Positions 16,702 to 28,518 of a stretch of 64,000 nucleotides of DNA are shown here, piece after piece. Made by a program: the position numbers and the translations under genes. A model generated the notes under the pieces. It was given only the letters and a program-made list of their open reading frames with translations, did not search any database and had not been told where the DNA came from. The stretch is from Candidatus Omnitrophota bacterium (GTDB taxonomy: Bacteria > Omnitrophota > Gorgyraeia > Zapsychrales > Zapsychraceae): NCBI GenBank assembly GCA_029261055.1, contig JAJDCA010000071.1:153778-217777 (forward strand), read 5' to 3'. Numbering within the stretch: position 1 is the first letter of the stretch; each line of letters begins with the position of its first letter.

Positions 16702-19700
16702 ATGTTTGATTTTCTTATTAAGAAACAAGCTGTTAAAAATACGCAAAAATTTATTGATAAATTAGAGCCTAAGGTGCAAGTGTATGTTTCAGAAGAACTG
16801 CCTTTGCCATCAGTTAAGGTGATAAAGAAAAAAGCTGCTATTGTATCTCAGATTAATGCCCTTGAAGAAAAAATTAGTGGATTGTCTGATGGTGATTTGA
16901 AGGCAAAGACACAGGAATTTAAGTCAAGATATCAAGAGGTGGTTAAAAAAGATCAAGAGGCTCTGGCACAACAGCAAGATTTTTATAAAAAAGCATCGGG
17001 ACCTGAAGAAAAAGAAAATATTAATCTGCAAATAGAAAAGGCGCAAGAGACACTTAAGAAGGCGAAGCAAAAGTCTCTTGATGAAATTTTACCTGAGGCT
17101 TTTGCTGTGGTGAGGGAGGCAGGTAAAAGAGTGCTTTCGATGCGACATTTTGATGTTCAAATGATTGGCGGTATGGTTTTGCATGAAGGGAATATTGCAG
17201 AGATGACTACAGGGGAAGGGAAAACTTTGGTAGCAACATTACCTTCTTATTTGAATGCCTTAACTGGCGAAGGTGTGCATGTTGTGACCGTGAATGATTA
17301 TTTAGCTAATCGTGATTGTGGATGGATGGGGCCGATTTTTGAATTTTTAGGGTTAACCATTGGCGTGATTCAACATGATATGATGCCGCGCGAACGTCAG
17401 GACGCTTACGCATGTGATATTGTTTATGGAACAAATAATGAATTTGGATTTGATTATCTTCGAGACAATATGGTGAATTACAAAGAAGAAATGGTACAAA
17501 AAAGACATCATTTTGCGGTTGTTGATGAGGTGGATAGTATTTTGATTGATGAGGCAAGAACGCCGCTTATCATTTCCGGTCCGGCTGAAGAATCTACAGA
17601 TAAATATTACAGAGCAAATGAAATTTCCAAAAAACTCAAAGGTAGGCGCGTAACGGAAAAAGATGAAATTGATGCTAAGCATCGTCAAGAAGATTTATCT
17701 GTAGGGTTTGATTATATGGCGGATGAAAAGGCTAAATCTGTTTCATTGACGGAAACGGGAGAAATAAATGTGGCCAAATTATTTGGGATCGATAATTTGC
17801 ATGACATGGAAACCATCGAGTATCGTCATCATATTTTAGCAGCGTTGAGAGCTAAAGAGTTTTTTGTACAAGACGTAGACTATGTTCTTCGTGATGGTGA
17901 AGTCATTATCGTTGATGAATTCACCGGACGTATGATGCCGGGTCGACGCTGGTCGGATGGTTTACACCAGGCTGTAGAAGCCAAAGAAGGGATTAAGATT
18001 GCACGGGAAAATCAGACGTTAGCAACGATTACATTCCAGAATTATTTTCGGCTTTATGAAAAATTGTCCGGTATGACCGGTACAGCGCATACCGAAGCAA
18101 CAGAGTTTAAGCAAATTTATGATTTAGACTGCGTTTCAATTCCAACAAATAAAAAGTTACAGAGGACTAATCATCCAGATTGTGTTTATCGAAGTTTGAA
18201 GGAAAAATTTGCCGCCGTTGTGGAGGAAATTGCCGACTGTCATAAACAAGGGCAGCCTGTTTTAGTGGGGACAATTTCCATAGAGAAATCCGAATTATTG
18301 TCGAAAATGTTAAAACAGAAAGGTGTTGAGCATAAAGTGCTTAATGCTAAATATCATGAAATGGAAGCTCATATTATTGCCCAGGCGGGACGATATAAAG
18401 GTGTAACCATTGCAACGAATATGGCTGGTCGCGGAACGGATATTGTTTTGGGAGGGAATGCAGAATATTTGGCTCAGAATTTAGTTGAACAAAAGGTTAA
18501 AACTAAAAAATCTGAAGAAGGAGACTCAGAAGAGTTAACAGAAAAATTTATTGAACAGTTTCGGCAGCAGGTAAAAGAGGAAAATGGAAAAGTTCTTGAG
18601 GCGGGTGGTTTGTATGTTTTGGGAACGGAGCGGCATGAATCTCGGCGGATTGATAATCAGTTGCGTGGTCGTCAGGGGCGTCAGGGGGATCCAGGGGCTT
18701 CACGTTTTTTTGTTTCTTTGGAAGATGATTTAATGCGCCTTTTTGCTTCCGATAGAATTATTGGTCTTATGGATAAACTGGGTATGGAAGAAGGGCAAGT
18801 GTTAGAGCATCCGTGGTTGACAAAAGCGATTGAGAATGCGCAGAGAAGAGTTGAGGGACATAATTTTGAAATTCGTAAACATCTTTTGGAATATGATAAT
18901 GTGATGAATCGACAGCGTGAAGTTATTTATAATCTTCGACGGGATGTTTTAGAAAGTGAAGATGTTAAATATCTTATTGTTCAGGCTATTGAAGATGCCG
19001 CTGAAGATATTGTTGCACAGCATCTTTTTGAGGATGGGCAGGAAGAATCCGGTTGGGATATTGAAGGATTAGAAACTTATTTAAAGACTAAGTTTAATTG
19101 TGATGTAGGAGATCATAGGGAAAAATTGAATGATATGTCCAGGGAGAAAATTGCCGATTTAATTCGTGAAAAATTATTATCCCTTTATGGTGTGAAAGAA
19201 AGAGATATTGACTCTCAAAATTTACGTCATTTGGAAAAAATGCTTTTATTACAGACCATTGATGCGAAATGGAAAGATCATCTTTATGCTATGGATCATT
19301 TAAAGGAAGGGATTAACCTTCGTTCTGTTGCCCAGAGAGACCCGATTATTGAATACAAGAGAGAAGGTTTTGAAATGTTTCAGCAGATGTATATTTCTGT
19401 CAGCCGCGAAGTGATTGAAATTTTGTTTAAGATACAGTCGGCAGAACCTTCGCAAAAAGTTAAAGGTGTTTTTAGTTCATTGCCTCAGAAACTCGTTCAT
19501 AATGAATTTTCCGGTTTATCTGGGCCAGAAGCTCAAGATCAAGGCCTTCAGCCCATTCAGCCGTCATCATCCTCCTTTTCAAGTGCATCTCCTCAGGAAA
19601 ACGCGCCTACTTTTGAACCTCTCCGAAAAACTGGCCCCAAAGTCGGCCGCAATGACCCCTGCCCCTGCGGCAGTGGAAAAAAACATAAAAAATGCTGCGG

Positions 19701-19704
19701 GTAG
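16702..19704 (+). CDS. secA: Protein translocase subunit SecA
   Basis: 'EMTTGEGKT', '[20 protein letters not shown]', '[11 protein letters not shown]', C-terminal [13 protein letters not shown]. Confidence 0.98.
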   Translation: MFDFLIKKQAVKNTQKFIDKLEPKVQVYVSEELPLPSVKVIKKKAAIVSQINALEEKISGLSDGDLKAKTQEFKSRYQEVVKKDQEALAQQQDFYKKASGPEEKENINLQIEKAQETLKKAKQKSLDEILPEAFAVVREAGKRVLSMRHFDVQMIGGMVLHEGNIAEMTTGEGKTLVATLPSYLNALTGEGVHVVTVNDYLANRDCGWMGPIFEFLGLTIGVIQHDMMPRERQDAYACDIVYGTNNEFGFDYLRDNMVNYKEEMVQKRHHFAVVDEVDSILIDEARTPLIISGPAEESTDKYYRANEISKKLKGRRVTEKDEIDAKHRQEDLSVGFDYMADEKAKSVSLTETGEINVAKLFGIDNLHDMETIEYRHHILAALRAKEFFVQDVDYVLRDGEVIIVDEFTGRMMPGRRWSDGLHQAVEAKEGIKIARENQTLATITFQNYFRLYEKLSGMTGTAHTEATEFKQIYDLDCVSIPTNKKLQRTNHPDCVYRSLKEKFAAVVEEIADCHKQGQPVLVGTISIEKSELLSKMLKQKGVEHKVLNAKYHEMEAHIIAQAGRYKGVTIATNMAGRGTDIVLGGNAEYLAQNLVEQKVKTKKSEEGDSEELTEKFIEQFRQQVKEENGKVLEAGGLYVLGTERHESRRIDNQLRGRQGRQGDPGASRFFVSLEDDLMRLFASDRIIGLMDKLGMEEGQVLEHPWLTKAIENAQRRVEGHNFEIRKHLLEYDNVMNRQREVIYNLRRDVLESEDVKYLIVQAIEDAAEDIVAQHLFEDGQEESGWDIEGLETYLKTKFNCDVGDHREKLNDMSREKIADLIREKLLSLYGVKERDIDSQNLRHLEKMLLLQTIDAKWKDHLYAMDHLKEGINLRSVAQRDPIIEYKREGFEMFQQMYISVSREVIEILFKIQSAEPSQKVKGVFSSLPQKLVHNEFSGLSGPEAQDQGLQPIQPSSSSFSSASPQENAPTFEPLRKTGPKVGRNDPCPCGSGKKHKKCCG

Positions 19705-21203
19705 AAAAATTAATAAAAAAGAGTGCCCCGATACTTCTAGTTTGTTTTTCTGCGATATTGCTCACCTTGGCTTTTCCTAAAACTGACGTATGGATTTTGA
19801 CATGGATTGGGCTTGTGCCATTAATGTTGGCTTTGGATGGGCAGAAGCCGTTTAAAGCGTTTTGGACGGCATATTTTTGTGGCGTGCTTTTTTTTGCCGG
19901 TACGCTGTATTGGCTTGTTCATGTCACGATTCCTGGGGCGATGCTTATGGTTTTGGTTTTGTCTGTTTATTTTGGTTTGTTTGGTTGGGGTTATAGTTAT
20001 TTTTCTGGTCAAAAGCCAGTGTGGAAATTATTTTTACTGCCTAGCCTTTGGGTAGGGTTAGAGTTTTTACGTACACATCTTTTTACTGGTTTTGGGTGGG
20101 CGAGTTTAGGATATTCGCAGTATAAAAATTTACCAGTGATTCAAATAGCAGATATTACCGGCCTATTTGGTGTTTCATTTTTGATTGTGATGGTGAATGT
20201 TTTTTTGAAGGAATGGATCGTAACCACAAGCAGACCTCCGAGGTTTGTTTGTGGTCTGATTGTGGTGATTACGCTTGGAATTGTTTTAGGGTATGGAGGT
20301 TTTCGTCTCAATGAAAAGGATAGTTCTTCGGGGATGTCCGTAGCGGTTGTTCAGGCTAATATTCCGCAAGAAATGAAATGGCGGGAATCGGCTTGGCCAA
20401 GCATTATGAAAAAATATTTGGCCTTAACCGAAAAAGCATCTCAAGATCAGCCAGATCTTATTATTTGGCCTGAAACAGCTTTTCCAGGGTTTTTGTGGGA
20501 AGATGATGATGTATTAAAAGATGTAAGGCAATTGGTACGCAATATTCAAATACCTTTATTGTTTGGCTCTGTTGTAAAGGAGGGGGGGGACTATTATAAT
20601 TCGGCTATTTTCCTCGACAAAGATGGTGAATTCTCTGAAGGTTATAATAAAATACATTTAGTCCCTTTTGGTGAATATATTCCTTTGCGAGGATTTTTTC
20701 CGTTTTTAAGTGATATTGTGCCAATCGCAGACTTTACACCAGGTAATCAATATACTGTTTACAAAAAAGGTTTTTCAGTTTTAATTTGTTTTGAAGATAC
20801 GATAGCCTGGTTGACAAGACAATTTGTAGGGCAAGGGGCGCAATGGTTGATTAATATTACGAATGATGCATGGTTTCAAGATACAAAAGAACCTTTTATG
20901 CATTTGCAAGGATCGGTTTTTCGTGCGATTGAAAATAGAAGAAATCTTGTCCGGGCTGCGAATACAGGGGTAAGTTGTTTTATTGATTCTTATGGAAGGA
21001 TTGTGCAGAAATTGCAGAATCAAAATCAAAAAACAACCTTCATCGCTGGTTCCTCCACGGGAACGGTTTATTTAAGGGATAGAAAATCTTTTTATACAAA
21101 ATATGGAGATGTTTTTGCATATTTATGTTTTGGGTGTATACTGATGGGTGTTGTGTTAAGAAATTTAAAAATTTCTGGAGAAAAATATGAAAAATATACT
21201 TGA
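19692..21203 (+). CDS. lnt: Apolipoprotein N-acyltransferase
   Basis: 'WPET', 'KIHLVPFGEY', 'LICFED', 'TNDAWF', 'RAANTG'; exact start uncertain. Confidence 0.93.
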   Translation: MLRVEKLIKKSAPILLVCFSAILLTLAFPKTDVWILTWIGLVPLMLALDGQKPFKAFWTAYFCGVLFFAGTLYWLVHVTIPGAMLMVLVLSVYFGLFGWGYSYFSGQKPVWKLFLLPSLWVGLEFLRTHLFTGFGWASLGYSQYKNLPVIQIADITGLFGVSFLIVMVNVFLKEWIVTTSRPPRFVCGLIVVITLGIVLGYGGFRLNEKDSSSGMSVAVVQANIPQEMKWRESAWPSIMKKYLALTEKASQDQPDLIIWPETAFPGFLWEDDDVLKDVRQLVRNIQIPLLFGSVVKEGGDYYNSAIFLDKDGEFSEGYNKIHLVPFGEYIPLRGFFPFLSDIVPIADFTPGNQYTVYKKGFSVLICFEDTIAWLTRQFVGQGAQWLINITNDAWFQDTKEPFMHLQGSVFRAIENRRNLVRAANTGVSCFIDSYGRIVQKLQNQNQKTTFIAGSSTGTVYLRDRKSFYTKYGDVFAYLCFGCILMGVVLRNLKISGEKYEKYT

Positions 21204-21918
21204 TAATGTAAAAACGATAGGTGTTTTATTATCCGTATTATTTGGCATTTCCTTGATTAATTATCTCTTTGTTTTCCACGTTGAGGGTTTTAGTTGGAAC
21301 ACAGTTTTTTTAATTGTTTTATTTGTAGGCTCATTTGTGGGCTCATTAGCCGTGATTTGTTTACAAGATTGGGGGAGGGTTGTATTAGTTTTGGCGCACG
21401 CTTTTTTGGCAGTGTATTTTATAAAACCCTATTTAATAATGGACAATATTTTATCCATTGGATACGTATCTATAAGTATTATAATTATTCTTTTTTTTAC
21501 CCAAGAACAAACCAAAACACGCTTTTTGGTAAAAGGTGGAAAAGTCGATTGGAAATCTATTTTAGTTGTTGATGATGATGAAACTTTGTTGAGGACGATT
21601 CGTCCAATTCTGATTACGCATGGCTATTCTGTTTTAACGGCAAATACAGGTGAAAGCGGCTTACAAGTTGCGATTAGCCAGAAACCTGATTTAATTATTT
21701 TGGATGTTATTCTTCCGGGAATGATAGGAAGAAAGGTATGTGAAAATTTAAAATCAAACCCAGCCACCAAAAATATTCCTGTGGTTTTTTTAACGGCAAA
21801 AGATTCTGCTTATGATATTCAAGCCGAAATGGATGTCGGCGGTGAAGCGCATTTAACTAAGCCGGTTAATGCGAAGGCACTAATTGAAACCATCCGAAAT
21901 GTCCTCAAGATGCGGTAA
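21187..21918 (+). CDS. Membrane-anchored response regulator (4 TM + C-terminal receiver domain)
   Basis: Hydrophobic N-half; 'ILVVDDD', 'PDLIILDVILPG', 'FLTA', 'KP'. Confidence 0.8.
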   Translation: MKNILDNVKTIGVLLSVLFGISLINYLFVFHVEGFSWNTVFLIVLFVGSFVGSLAVICLQDWGRVVLVLAHAFLAVYFIKPYLIMDNILSIGYVSISIIIILFFTQEQTKTRFLVKGGKVDWKSILVVDDDETLLRTIRPILITHGYSVLTANTGESGLQVAISQKPDLIILDVILPGMIGRKVCENLKSNPATKNIPVVFLTAKDSAYDIQAEMDVGGEAHLTKPVNAKALIETIRNVLKMR

Positions 21919-21922
21919 TTTT

Positions 21923-22843
21923 ATGAAATCCCCCCTTAAACTAAAAGAATTTAATCGAGCATTTGCCCGGAATAGTTTATATGCCGTTTCGTGGTGTTTT
22001 AATCGTCTTCCTTTTTGGGCTATTCGTTTTTTTTCTTATCTGCTTGTGTCTATTGCATTTTATTTTATTAAGAAGCAGCGAAAAATTGCACAAGAGAGTC
22101 TTGATATAGCTTTTGGTCAAGAAAAAAGTGCCCAAGATGTTAATAATATCATAAAGAAATGTTTTAGGAATTTTGGTTACGGCATGATTGAAATGTTTTA
22201 TTTTATGGCCCACCCACAACTGATTAATCCACAAGTTGCATTAGAAGGTAAAGAGCATATTGAAGCCGCCTTTAAACAAGGAAAAGGAATTATTGCGGTA
22301 ACAGCCCATTTTGGTAATTTTCCATTGATGATGTTGCGTTGTATTAGGGAGGGATATAAGGTGAATGTTATTCTTCGTCATATGCGGGATCAAAAATTTG
22401 AAGAATTTTTAGCAAAAAAAAGATCTGAGGTTGGATTAAAATCAATCTATGCCATCCCACGTCGAGAGTGTGTAAAAACTTCTTTGGAAGCGTTAAAGAA
22501 TAATGAAATGGTGTTTATTCCCCTTGATCAAAATTTTGGAAGTAAGGGAGGCGTATTTGTGGATTTTTTTGGACAAAAAGCGGCGACAGCCACAGGTCCG
22601 GTTGTTTTTGCCCGCCGTTCAAATGCTGTTATTTTACCCATGTTTGTTGTGCGGCAAAAAGATGATACGCACAAAATTATTGTGGAGCCACCGCTTGAGC
22701 TTGAAGAGGGAAAAGATGATGAGGATGTGAAATTAGTGAACACTGCAAAAATAACAAAAATTATTGAGAAGTATATACGGAAGTATCCCGAGGAATGGGG
22801 TTGGATGCATCGACGCTGGAAGAGCCGCCCAAAAACTCGGTAA
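21923..22843 (+). CDS. Lipid A/lysophospholipid acyltransferase (LpxL/HtrB family)
   Basis: 'TAHFGNF', 'DQ', 'VDFFG', 'YPEEWGWMHRRWK'. Confidence 0.85.
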   Translation: MKSPLKLKEFNRAFARNSLYAVSWCFNRLPFWAIRFFSYLLVSIAFYFIKKQRKIAQESLDIAFGQEKSAQDVNNIIKKCFRNFGYGMIEMFYFMAHPQLINPQVALEGKEHIEAAFKQGKGIIAVTAHFGNFPLMMLRCIREGYKVNVILRHMRDQKFEEFLAKKRSEVGLKSIYAIPRRECVKTSLEALKNNEMVFIPLDQNFGSKGGVFVDFFGQKAATATGPVVFARRSNAVILPMFVVRQKDDTHKIIVEPPLELEEGKDDEDVKLVNTAKITKIIEKYIRKYPEEWGWMHRRWKSRPKTR

Positions 22844-22862
22844 CATTGGAGAACATTAATTT

Positions 22863-23030
22863 ATGGCTAAAAAATCACTTTATGCAATCGCAGGTATTCC
22901 CTTATTAATTGTGGGCATTACATTAATCCTTGTGTGGTGGGTAGATGTTGTTAGTATTTTTCGTGGAGGTATTGGATTGGCCTTAGCCCTGGCTGGATTA
23001 TTAGTGTTATATTCGGCAAATAAAAAATAG
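22863..23030 (+). CDS. Small 55-aa two-TM membrane protein (not in ORF track)
   Basis: MAKKSLYAIAGIPLLIVGITLILVWWVDVVSIFRGGIGLALALAGLLVLYSANKK; GGAG upstream; fills the intergenic gap. Confidence 0.7.
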   Translation: MAKKSLYAIAGIPLLIVGITLILVWWVDVVSIFRGGIGLALALAGLLVLYSANKK

Positions 23031-23055
23031 CGACGAGCCATTATTCAAATTAATT

Positions 23056-24033
23056 ATGTATTGGTTACAATTTCTTATAAGTGCTTTTATGATAGTTATC
23101 AGTGGGGTTCGGCTTACTCGATACGCTGATAAACTTAGTGATCAAATTCAACTTGGAAAAGTATGGGTTGGAATTATGCTGTTGGGACTTGTAACGTCTT
23201 TACCTGAGTTAGTGACGAGTCTCATAGCTGTGATTTCTATAGGCGCGGAAGATTTAGCCGTGGGTAATTTGCTGGGAAGTAATAATTTTAACCCTATGCT
23301 CATTGTTGTTATGGATATAATTTATCGGAAAGGATCTGTTACGAATGCTATTGTGCCACGTTCTTCCCATAAAATATCCGCATTTTTGGCGATGAGTCTA
23401 GCCATAGTCGTGATTATGCAAATCTTTTTTAGGATACCATTTCTTTTTTCTTTGGGAAGTTTTTTGATCGTTTTAATTTATTTTGGAGGAATGAGATATT
23501 TGGCGCATATTGGGAAAGCAGAGTCTCAAACACAGCAATATGATACATCGCAAAAACCGATGTCGCTAAGTCGTATATGGATAAATTTAATCGTGAGTGC
23601 TATATTGATTGTTTTGGCGGCTATGTGGTTGACACATTCGGCAGATACAATAGCTGAAAAGACAGGTTTGGGGCGGACGTTTGTAGGAAGTATTCTTTTA
23701 GCTATTGTCACTTCGTTACCTGAAATGGTAGTTACGATTTCGGCCTTAAAATTAGGTTCATTTGATTTGGCGGTAGGAAATATTTTTGGCAGTAATATGA
23801 CCAATACTTTTATTCTTGTCATTTGTGATATGGTTCAGCCTGGAGCCGCCATATTAAATGCCGTTGCCCCAACCCATATTTTTACGGCGATTTTAAGTGT
23901 TATTTTGGTAGGTGTTGTTGTGACAGGTATTTATACAAGAAATAAAAAAACAATTTTTGGTTTGGGGTGGGATTCTGTTATAATGATTTTTTTCTTTATT
24001 ATGGGGACGGGGCTGCTGTATAAATTGAAATAG
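23056..24033 (+). CDS. Cation:Ca2+ antiporter (CaCA/YrbG family)
   Basis: Two alpha repeats 'TSLPE...AVGN..GSN'. Confidence 0.9.
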   Translation: MYWLQFLISAFMIVISGVRLTRYADKLSDQIQLGKVWVGIMLLGLVTSLPELVTSLIAVISIGAEDLAVGNLLGSNNFNPMLIVVMDIIYRKGSVTNAIVPRSSHKISAFLAMSLAIVVIMQIFFRIPFLFSLGSFLIVLIYFGGMRYLAHIGKAESQTQQYDTSQKPMSLSRIWINLIVSAILIVLAAMWLTHSADTIAEKTGLGRTFVGSILLAIVTSLPEMVVTISALKLGSFDLAVGNIFGSNMTNTFILVICDMVQPGAAILNAVAPTHIFTAILSVILVGVVVTGIYTRNKKTIFGLGWDSVIMIFFFIMGTGLLYKLK

Positions 24034-24051
24034 TTTTTGGGAATAAATATT

Positions 24052-24651
24052 ATGCTTAAACATTTTAAAAAATATTTTCTTTCAGGATTAGTCGTTTTTC
24101 TTCCGATGGCTTTGACGGTGTATTTATTTGTTTTGGCCATAAATTTTACGGATGGACTTGTTGGGAAGTATTTGCAGCCTTATTTTTATGAGAATTTTGG
24201 TTTTTATTTCCGAGGGATTAGTATTCTTGTCGGTGTTTTTCTTATTGTGTCGGTAGGTTTTTTTGTGACGAATTTCTTAGGACGAAAGGTTTACGATTTT
24301 TTTGAGAAACTGTTGGTTAAACTTCCATTTTTTAGACAGGTGTATCCAGCCATTAAAGAAATGGCTATTTTTTTATTTTCTCGAGAACGATTGAGTTCTT
24401 TTCGTCAAGTCGTTTTATTGGAGTATCCGCGGAAAGGTATTTATTCGTTTGGTTTCTTAACAAATGAATCGGCGCAAAAAGTTTCAGAAGCAACTAAAGT
24501 GGAATTATGTAATGTGTTTGTCCCGAGTGCTCCTGGTCCTTTAACAGGTTTTGCGCTCATGGTGCCTAAAAAAGAAATTATTTTTACAGATATTACTGTT
24601 GAAGAAGCTTTTAAATTTATTGTTTCAGGTGGGGTGGTTAATCCCGGATAG
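24052..24651 (+). CDS. DUF502 family membrane protein
   Basis: 'KYFLSGL', 'EYPRKG', 'VFVPSAPGPLTG', 'FIVSGG'. Confidence 0.85.
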   Translation: MLKHFKKYFLSGLVVFLPMALTVYLFVLAINFTDGLVGKYLQPYFYENFGFYFRGISILVGVFLIVSVGFFVTNFLGRKVYDFFEKLLVKLPFFRQVYPAIKEMAIFLFSRERLSSFRQVVLLEYPRKGIYSFGFLTNESAQKVSEATKVELCNVFVPSAPGPLTGFALMVPKKEIIFTDITVEEAFKFIVSGGVVNPG

Positions 24652-24775
24652 TCCGGGTAACTCTGATTCAGAGACTTTTTTAATAATTTTAATTGCTTAT
24701 TAGGCCCTTTTTTTGTATAAATATCGTTTAAAAAGTTTGAATAAACAATAGCATAGAAAAGAGAGGTGTATTACT

Positions 24776-24856
24776 ATGAGTAAAAAGAAAAGAAGAGGGA
24801 AATTAAGTTGGCGTTCTAAAAAAGCAAACCATGGAACCAAACCAAACAAAGGATAA
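24776..24856 (+). CDS. bL37-like small ribosomal protein (26 aa, not in ORF track)
   Basis: MSKKKRRGKLSWRSKKANHGTKPNKG with strong RBS GAGAGGTG; KANHG..PN motif as in actinobacterial bL37. Confidence 0.7.
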   Translation: MSKKKRRGKLSWRSKKANHGTKPNKG

Positions 24857-24863
24857 ATAATAT

Positions 24864-26960
24864 ATGTCAGACTTTATTTTTTTTGTGCCACTGTGTGCCG
24901 TAATTGCATTAGGTTTTTCAGGATATCTTACCTTAAAAATATTTCGGCATGAAGAAGGCAGTGAAAAAATGATCGAAATTGCTGTTGCCGTTCGCGAAGG
25001 TGCATCAGCCTATTTAGGTAGGCAATATAAAGCTGTCAGTGTCTTTTTTCTTATTGTATTTTTATTGCTTTTTGGACTTGTCCTTAAGGGGTATTTTGTT
25101 ATATTTGTGCCGTTTGCTTTTATTGCAGGTGGATTTTTTTCCGGTTTAGCTGGATTCTTTGGGATGAAAATTGCCACGCATTCGAGTGCACGGACAGCTC
25201 ATGCCTGTAAATCGAGTTTGAATGCCGGCCTGAGGCTCGCTTTTTCGTCAGGGGCTGTTATGGGATTTATCGTCGTTGGACTCGGCCTTTTAGATATAAG
25301 TATTTGGTACTTTGGTCTTGACTGGTATTATTCTAATAATCCCCTTCCAGAAGGTGTTAGTAAATTAACGGTCATTACAAGTACAATGCTGTGTTTAGGA
25401 ATGGGGGCGAGTTTTATGGCCCTTTTTGCGCGTGTTGGTGGCGGTATTTTTACGAAGGCAGCTGATGTTGGAGCCGATCTTGTTGGGAAAGTTGAGGCAG
25501 GCATTCCAGAAGATGATCCTAGAAATCCAGCTGTTATTGCAGACAATGTTGGGGATAATGTTGGTGATGTAGCTGGCATGGGCGCAGATCTTTTTGAATC
25601 TTACATTGGTTCGATTATCGCGACGTCAACATTGGGTGTAGCGGCTGGTCTTGGTGTAAAAGGTCTGACGGTTCCTATGATATTAGCTTCTGTTGGCGTT
25701 TTAGCTTCTATTATCGGAACGTATTTTGTTAAGACAAAAGAAGATGCCACACAAGAAGCCTTACTCATGGCCTTACGAAAAGGAATTTTTATTGCTTCGG
25801 GAATTGTGGCCGTATTGGCTTATATTATTGTCAGGGGGGTTCTTGGGATTCAATATACCGGAATCGCTTGGGCGATTATTACAGGATTATTAGCAGGTTT
25901 ATTCATTGGATTGACGACAGAATATTTTACGTCTGCTAGTTATAAGCCTACGCAAAAATTATCTGAAACAGCTCTAACAGGTCCGGCAACGATTATTATT
26001 GGAGGTTTGTCTTTGGGTATGATGTCTACGGCAATGCCTGTTATTATTATTGCCGGCGCGATATTACTCAGTTTCTTTCTGGCGGGTGGTGGTAGTGACA
26101 CTACTCTTGGATTGTATGGCATAGGTATTGCAGCAGTAGGAATGCTGAGTACATTGGGAATTACATTAGCAACGGATGCTTATGGGCCGGTAGCTGATAA
26201 TGCCGGCGGTATTGCGCAGATGGCTGATCTTGATCCTGAGGTACGAAAAAAAACAGATGCCCTTGACTCATTAGGAAATACGACAGCCGCTACGGGAAAA
26301 GGTTTTGCCATTGGTTCGGCTGCTTTAACGGCATTAGCTTTAATTGCTGCGTACAAAGAAGGGGTTATTTTAGCCGGCGGAACAATTCATCTTGATTTGA
26401 TGAATCCGGTGGTTTTAATTGGTCTTTTTATTGGAACAATGATGCCATTTTTATTTTCAGCTTTGACGATGAGTGCTGTAGGGCGGGCTGCAGGTATGGT
26501 AGTCGTCGAAGTTAGGCGACAGTTTAAAGAGATTGCAGGTATTATGGAAGGCAAAGGTAAACCTGATTATGCCCGTTGTGTGAGTATTGTAACAAAAGCT
26601 GCTTTGAAAGAAATGATATTGCCCGCATTATTAGCTTTAGTCACCCCGATAGTTGTTGGAATTTTATTTGGTGTTAATTGTGTCGGAGGGCTTTTAATTG
26701 GAGCGACAGCATCAGGTTTTGTTTTAGCCATTATGATGGCCAATTCCGGTGGGGCGTGGGATAACGCCAAAAAACATATGGAAGAAGGCGCTTGTGGCGG
26801 TAAGGGCTCAGATGCCCATAAAGCCGGTGTGGTTGGAGACACCGTGGGGGACCCGTTTAAAGACACTTCCGGACCGAGCATTAATATTCTTATCAAACTT
26901 ATGTCTATCGTTTCAATTGTTTTTGTAGCATTTGTGATTAAAAACACCTTAATTCCTTAA
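24864..26960 (+). CDS. hppA: Membrane-integral pyrophosphatase, K+-dependent type (probably Na+-pumping)
   Basis: '[20 protein letters not shown]', 'DNVGDNVGD', GNTTAA (Ala marks K+-dependent type), '[11 protein letters not shown]'. Confidence 0.95.
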   Translation: MSDFIFFVPLCAVIALGFSGYLTLKIFRHEEGSEKMIEIAVAVREGASAYLGRQYKAVSVFFLIVFLLLFGLVLKGYFVIFVPFAFIAGGFFSGLAGFFGMKIATHSSARTAHACKSSLNAGLRLAFSSGAVMGFIVVGLGLLDISIWYFGLDWYYSNNPLPEGVSKLTVITSTMLCLGMGASFMALFARVGGGIFTKAADVGADLVGKVEAGIPEDDPRNPAVIADNVGDNVGDVAGMGADLFESYIGSIIATSTLGVAAGLGVKGLTVPMILASVGVLASIIGTYFVKTKEDATQEALLMALRKGIFIASGIVAVLAYIIVRGVLGIQYTGIAWAIITGLLAGLFIGLTTEYFTSASYKPTQKLSETALTGPATIIIGGLSLGMMSTAMPVIIIAGAILLSFFLAGGGSDTTLGLYGIGIAAVGMLSTLGITLATDAYGPVADNAGGIAQMADLDPEVRKKTDALDSLGNTTAATGKGFAIGSAALTALALIAAYKEGVILAGGTIHLDLMNPVVLIGLFIGTMMPFLFSALTMSAVGRAAGMVVVEVRRQFKEIAGIMEGKGKPDYARCVSIVTKAALKEMILPALLALVTPIVVGILFGVNCVGGLLIGATASGFVLAIMMANSGGAWDNAKKHMEEGACGGKGSDAHKAGVVGDTVGDPFKDTSGPSINILIKLMSIVSIVFVAFVIKNTLIP

Positions 26961-26969
26961 TTCTCTACT

Positions 26970-28496
26970 ATGAAGCAACCTCAATTAAGTGAAGCGCATC
27001 ATCCGCGACCGCAGTGGAAGTCTCGAATGGGATTTATCCTTGCTGCATTAGGATCAGCCGTTGGATTAGGTAATATTTGGCGGTTTTCTTACCTGTGTTA
27101 TAAAAATGGCGGCGGAGCGTTTCTTGTTCCTTATCTTATTGCCCTCTTTGTTGTGGGTATTCCCCTTATGATTTTAGAATTAGGCATCGGGCATCGTATG
27201 CGCGGTAGTGCGCCTATGACTTTTGCAAAAGTTAACCGTAATTGGGAATGGTGTGGTTGGTGGGCGGTTATTTGTGCAATGTTTGGGATTATGCTTTATT
27301 ATTCAACGGTGATTTCTTGGTGTTTTAATTATGTCTTTTTTTCATTTGATCTAAGGTGGGGAATAGATGCAAATCATTTCTTTTTTCAAGAATTTTTGAA
27401 AATAAGTTCTGGTCCTGGAGAAATTGGTGATATTATTTCACCCATTGTTTTAGGCTTGATTGGTGTTTGGGCTTTTAGTTGGCTCATTGTATTCTTTGGT
27501 GTGCAAAAAGGGGTGGAGCGCGCCAATAAAATTTTTATGCCTTTATTGCTTGTTCTAACGATTGTATTGGTTGTTTTAAGTGTTCGGTTAGAGGGGGCCA
27601 TGGAAGGCATTAAAGTATATTTAACTCCAAATTTTGATCTTCTCACCAAAAAGCAGGTTTGGATTGATGCCTTTTCTCAAATATTTTTTACGTTGTCCCT
27701 AAGTTTTGGGATTATGATTACGTATGCTTCCTATCTTCCACGTAAAGTTAATATTGTTAAAGATGCTTACATCATTAGTTTAGGTAATTGTTTATTCTCG
27801 TTTATTTCAGGTTTTGCCGTATTTGGGACGTTAGGATATATGTCACATGCAACGGGTAAACCTGTTTCTGAAGTTGTCAGTCAAGCTATTGGGCTTGCTT
27901 TTGTGACTTATCCGCAGGCCATCAGTTTGATGCCGAAAATGTTTTGTAATTTTTTTGGTGTCTTATTTTTTGGCAGCCTTGTCGTTGCCGGGTTATCTAG
28001 TGCTGTTTCATTGATAGAAGCTTTTAGTTCCGCAGTGATTGATAAGTTCCATTACCCTCGGAAGGTTGTTGTTTCTGTTGTATGCATTGCAGGGTTTTTC
28101 GGGAGCATTATTTTTACATCACAGAGTGGATTGTTTTGGATCGATATCGTCGATCATTTTATTAATCAATATGGGCTAATTTTGGTGGGTATTTTTCAGT
28201 GCATTTTATTAGGTTGGATTTTTAAATTATCCAAATTGCGAGAGCATATCAATCATGCCGGAGGAATTGTTTTGCGCAGATGGTGGGAGGTATGTATTAA
28301 ATTTGTTACTCCGATTGTTCTTATTTTGCTGTTTATAAATAATTTACAAAAGGAACTTTCCAGCCCGTATGAAGGCTATCCTTGGGAGGCGATTATTCTC
28401 ATCGGTCGTGACTGGTTAATAGTTGCTTTGATTGCGGCTTTGTTTGTTGCGATGCGCCCATGGAAAAGAGAATTAGTAGATCAATCTGAACATTAA
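26970..28496 (+). CDS. Sodium-dependent transporter, NSS/SNF family
   Basis: 'GSAVGLGNIWRF', 'NGGGAFL', 'QIFFTLS'. Confidence 0.93.
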   Translation: MKQPQLSEAHHPRPQWKSRMGFILAALGSAVGLGNIWRFSYLCYKNGGGAFLVPYLIALFVVGIPLMILELGIGHRMRGSAPMTFAKVNRNWEWCGWWAVICAMFGIMLYYSTVISWCFNYVFFSFDLRWGIDANHFFFQEFLKISSGPGEIGDIISPIVLGLIGVWAFSWLIVFFGVQKGVERANKIFMPLLLVLTIVLVVLSVRLEGAMEGIKVYLTPNFDLLTKKQVWIDAFSQIFFTLSLSFGIMITYASYLPRKVNIVKDAYIISLGNCLFSFISGFAVFGTLGYMSHATGKPVSEVVSQAIGLAFVTYPQAISLMPKMFCNFFGVLFFGSLVVAGLSSAVSLIEAFSSAVIDKFHYPRKVVVSVVCIAGFFGSIIFTSQSGLFWIDIVDHFINQYGLILVGIFQCILLGWIFKLSKLREHINHAGGIVLRRWWEVCIKFVTPIVLILLFINNLQKELSSPYEGYPWEAIILIGRDWLIVALIAALFVAMRPWKRELVDQSEH

Positions 28497-28518
28497 GAAA
28501 AATAAAAGGAGGCTTGCA

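Noticed and set aside
16702-17090. SecA N-terminal extension and helical insert
   Set aside because: Lineage-specific inserts here are common in SecA; nothing further supportable.
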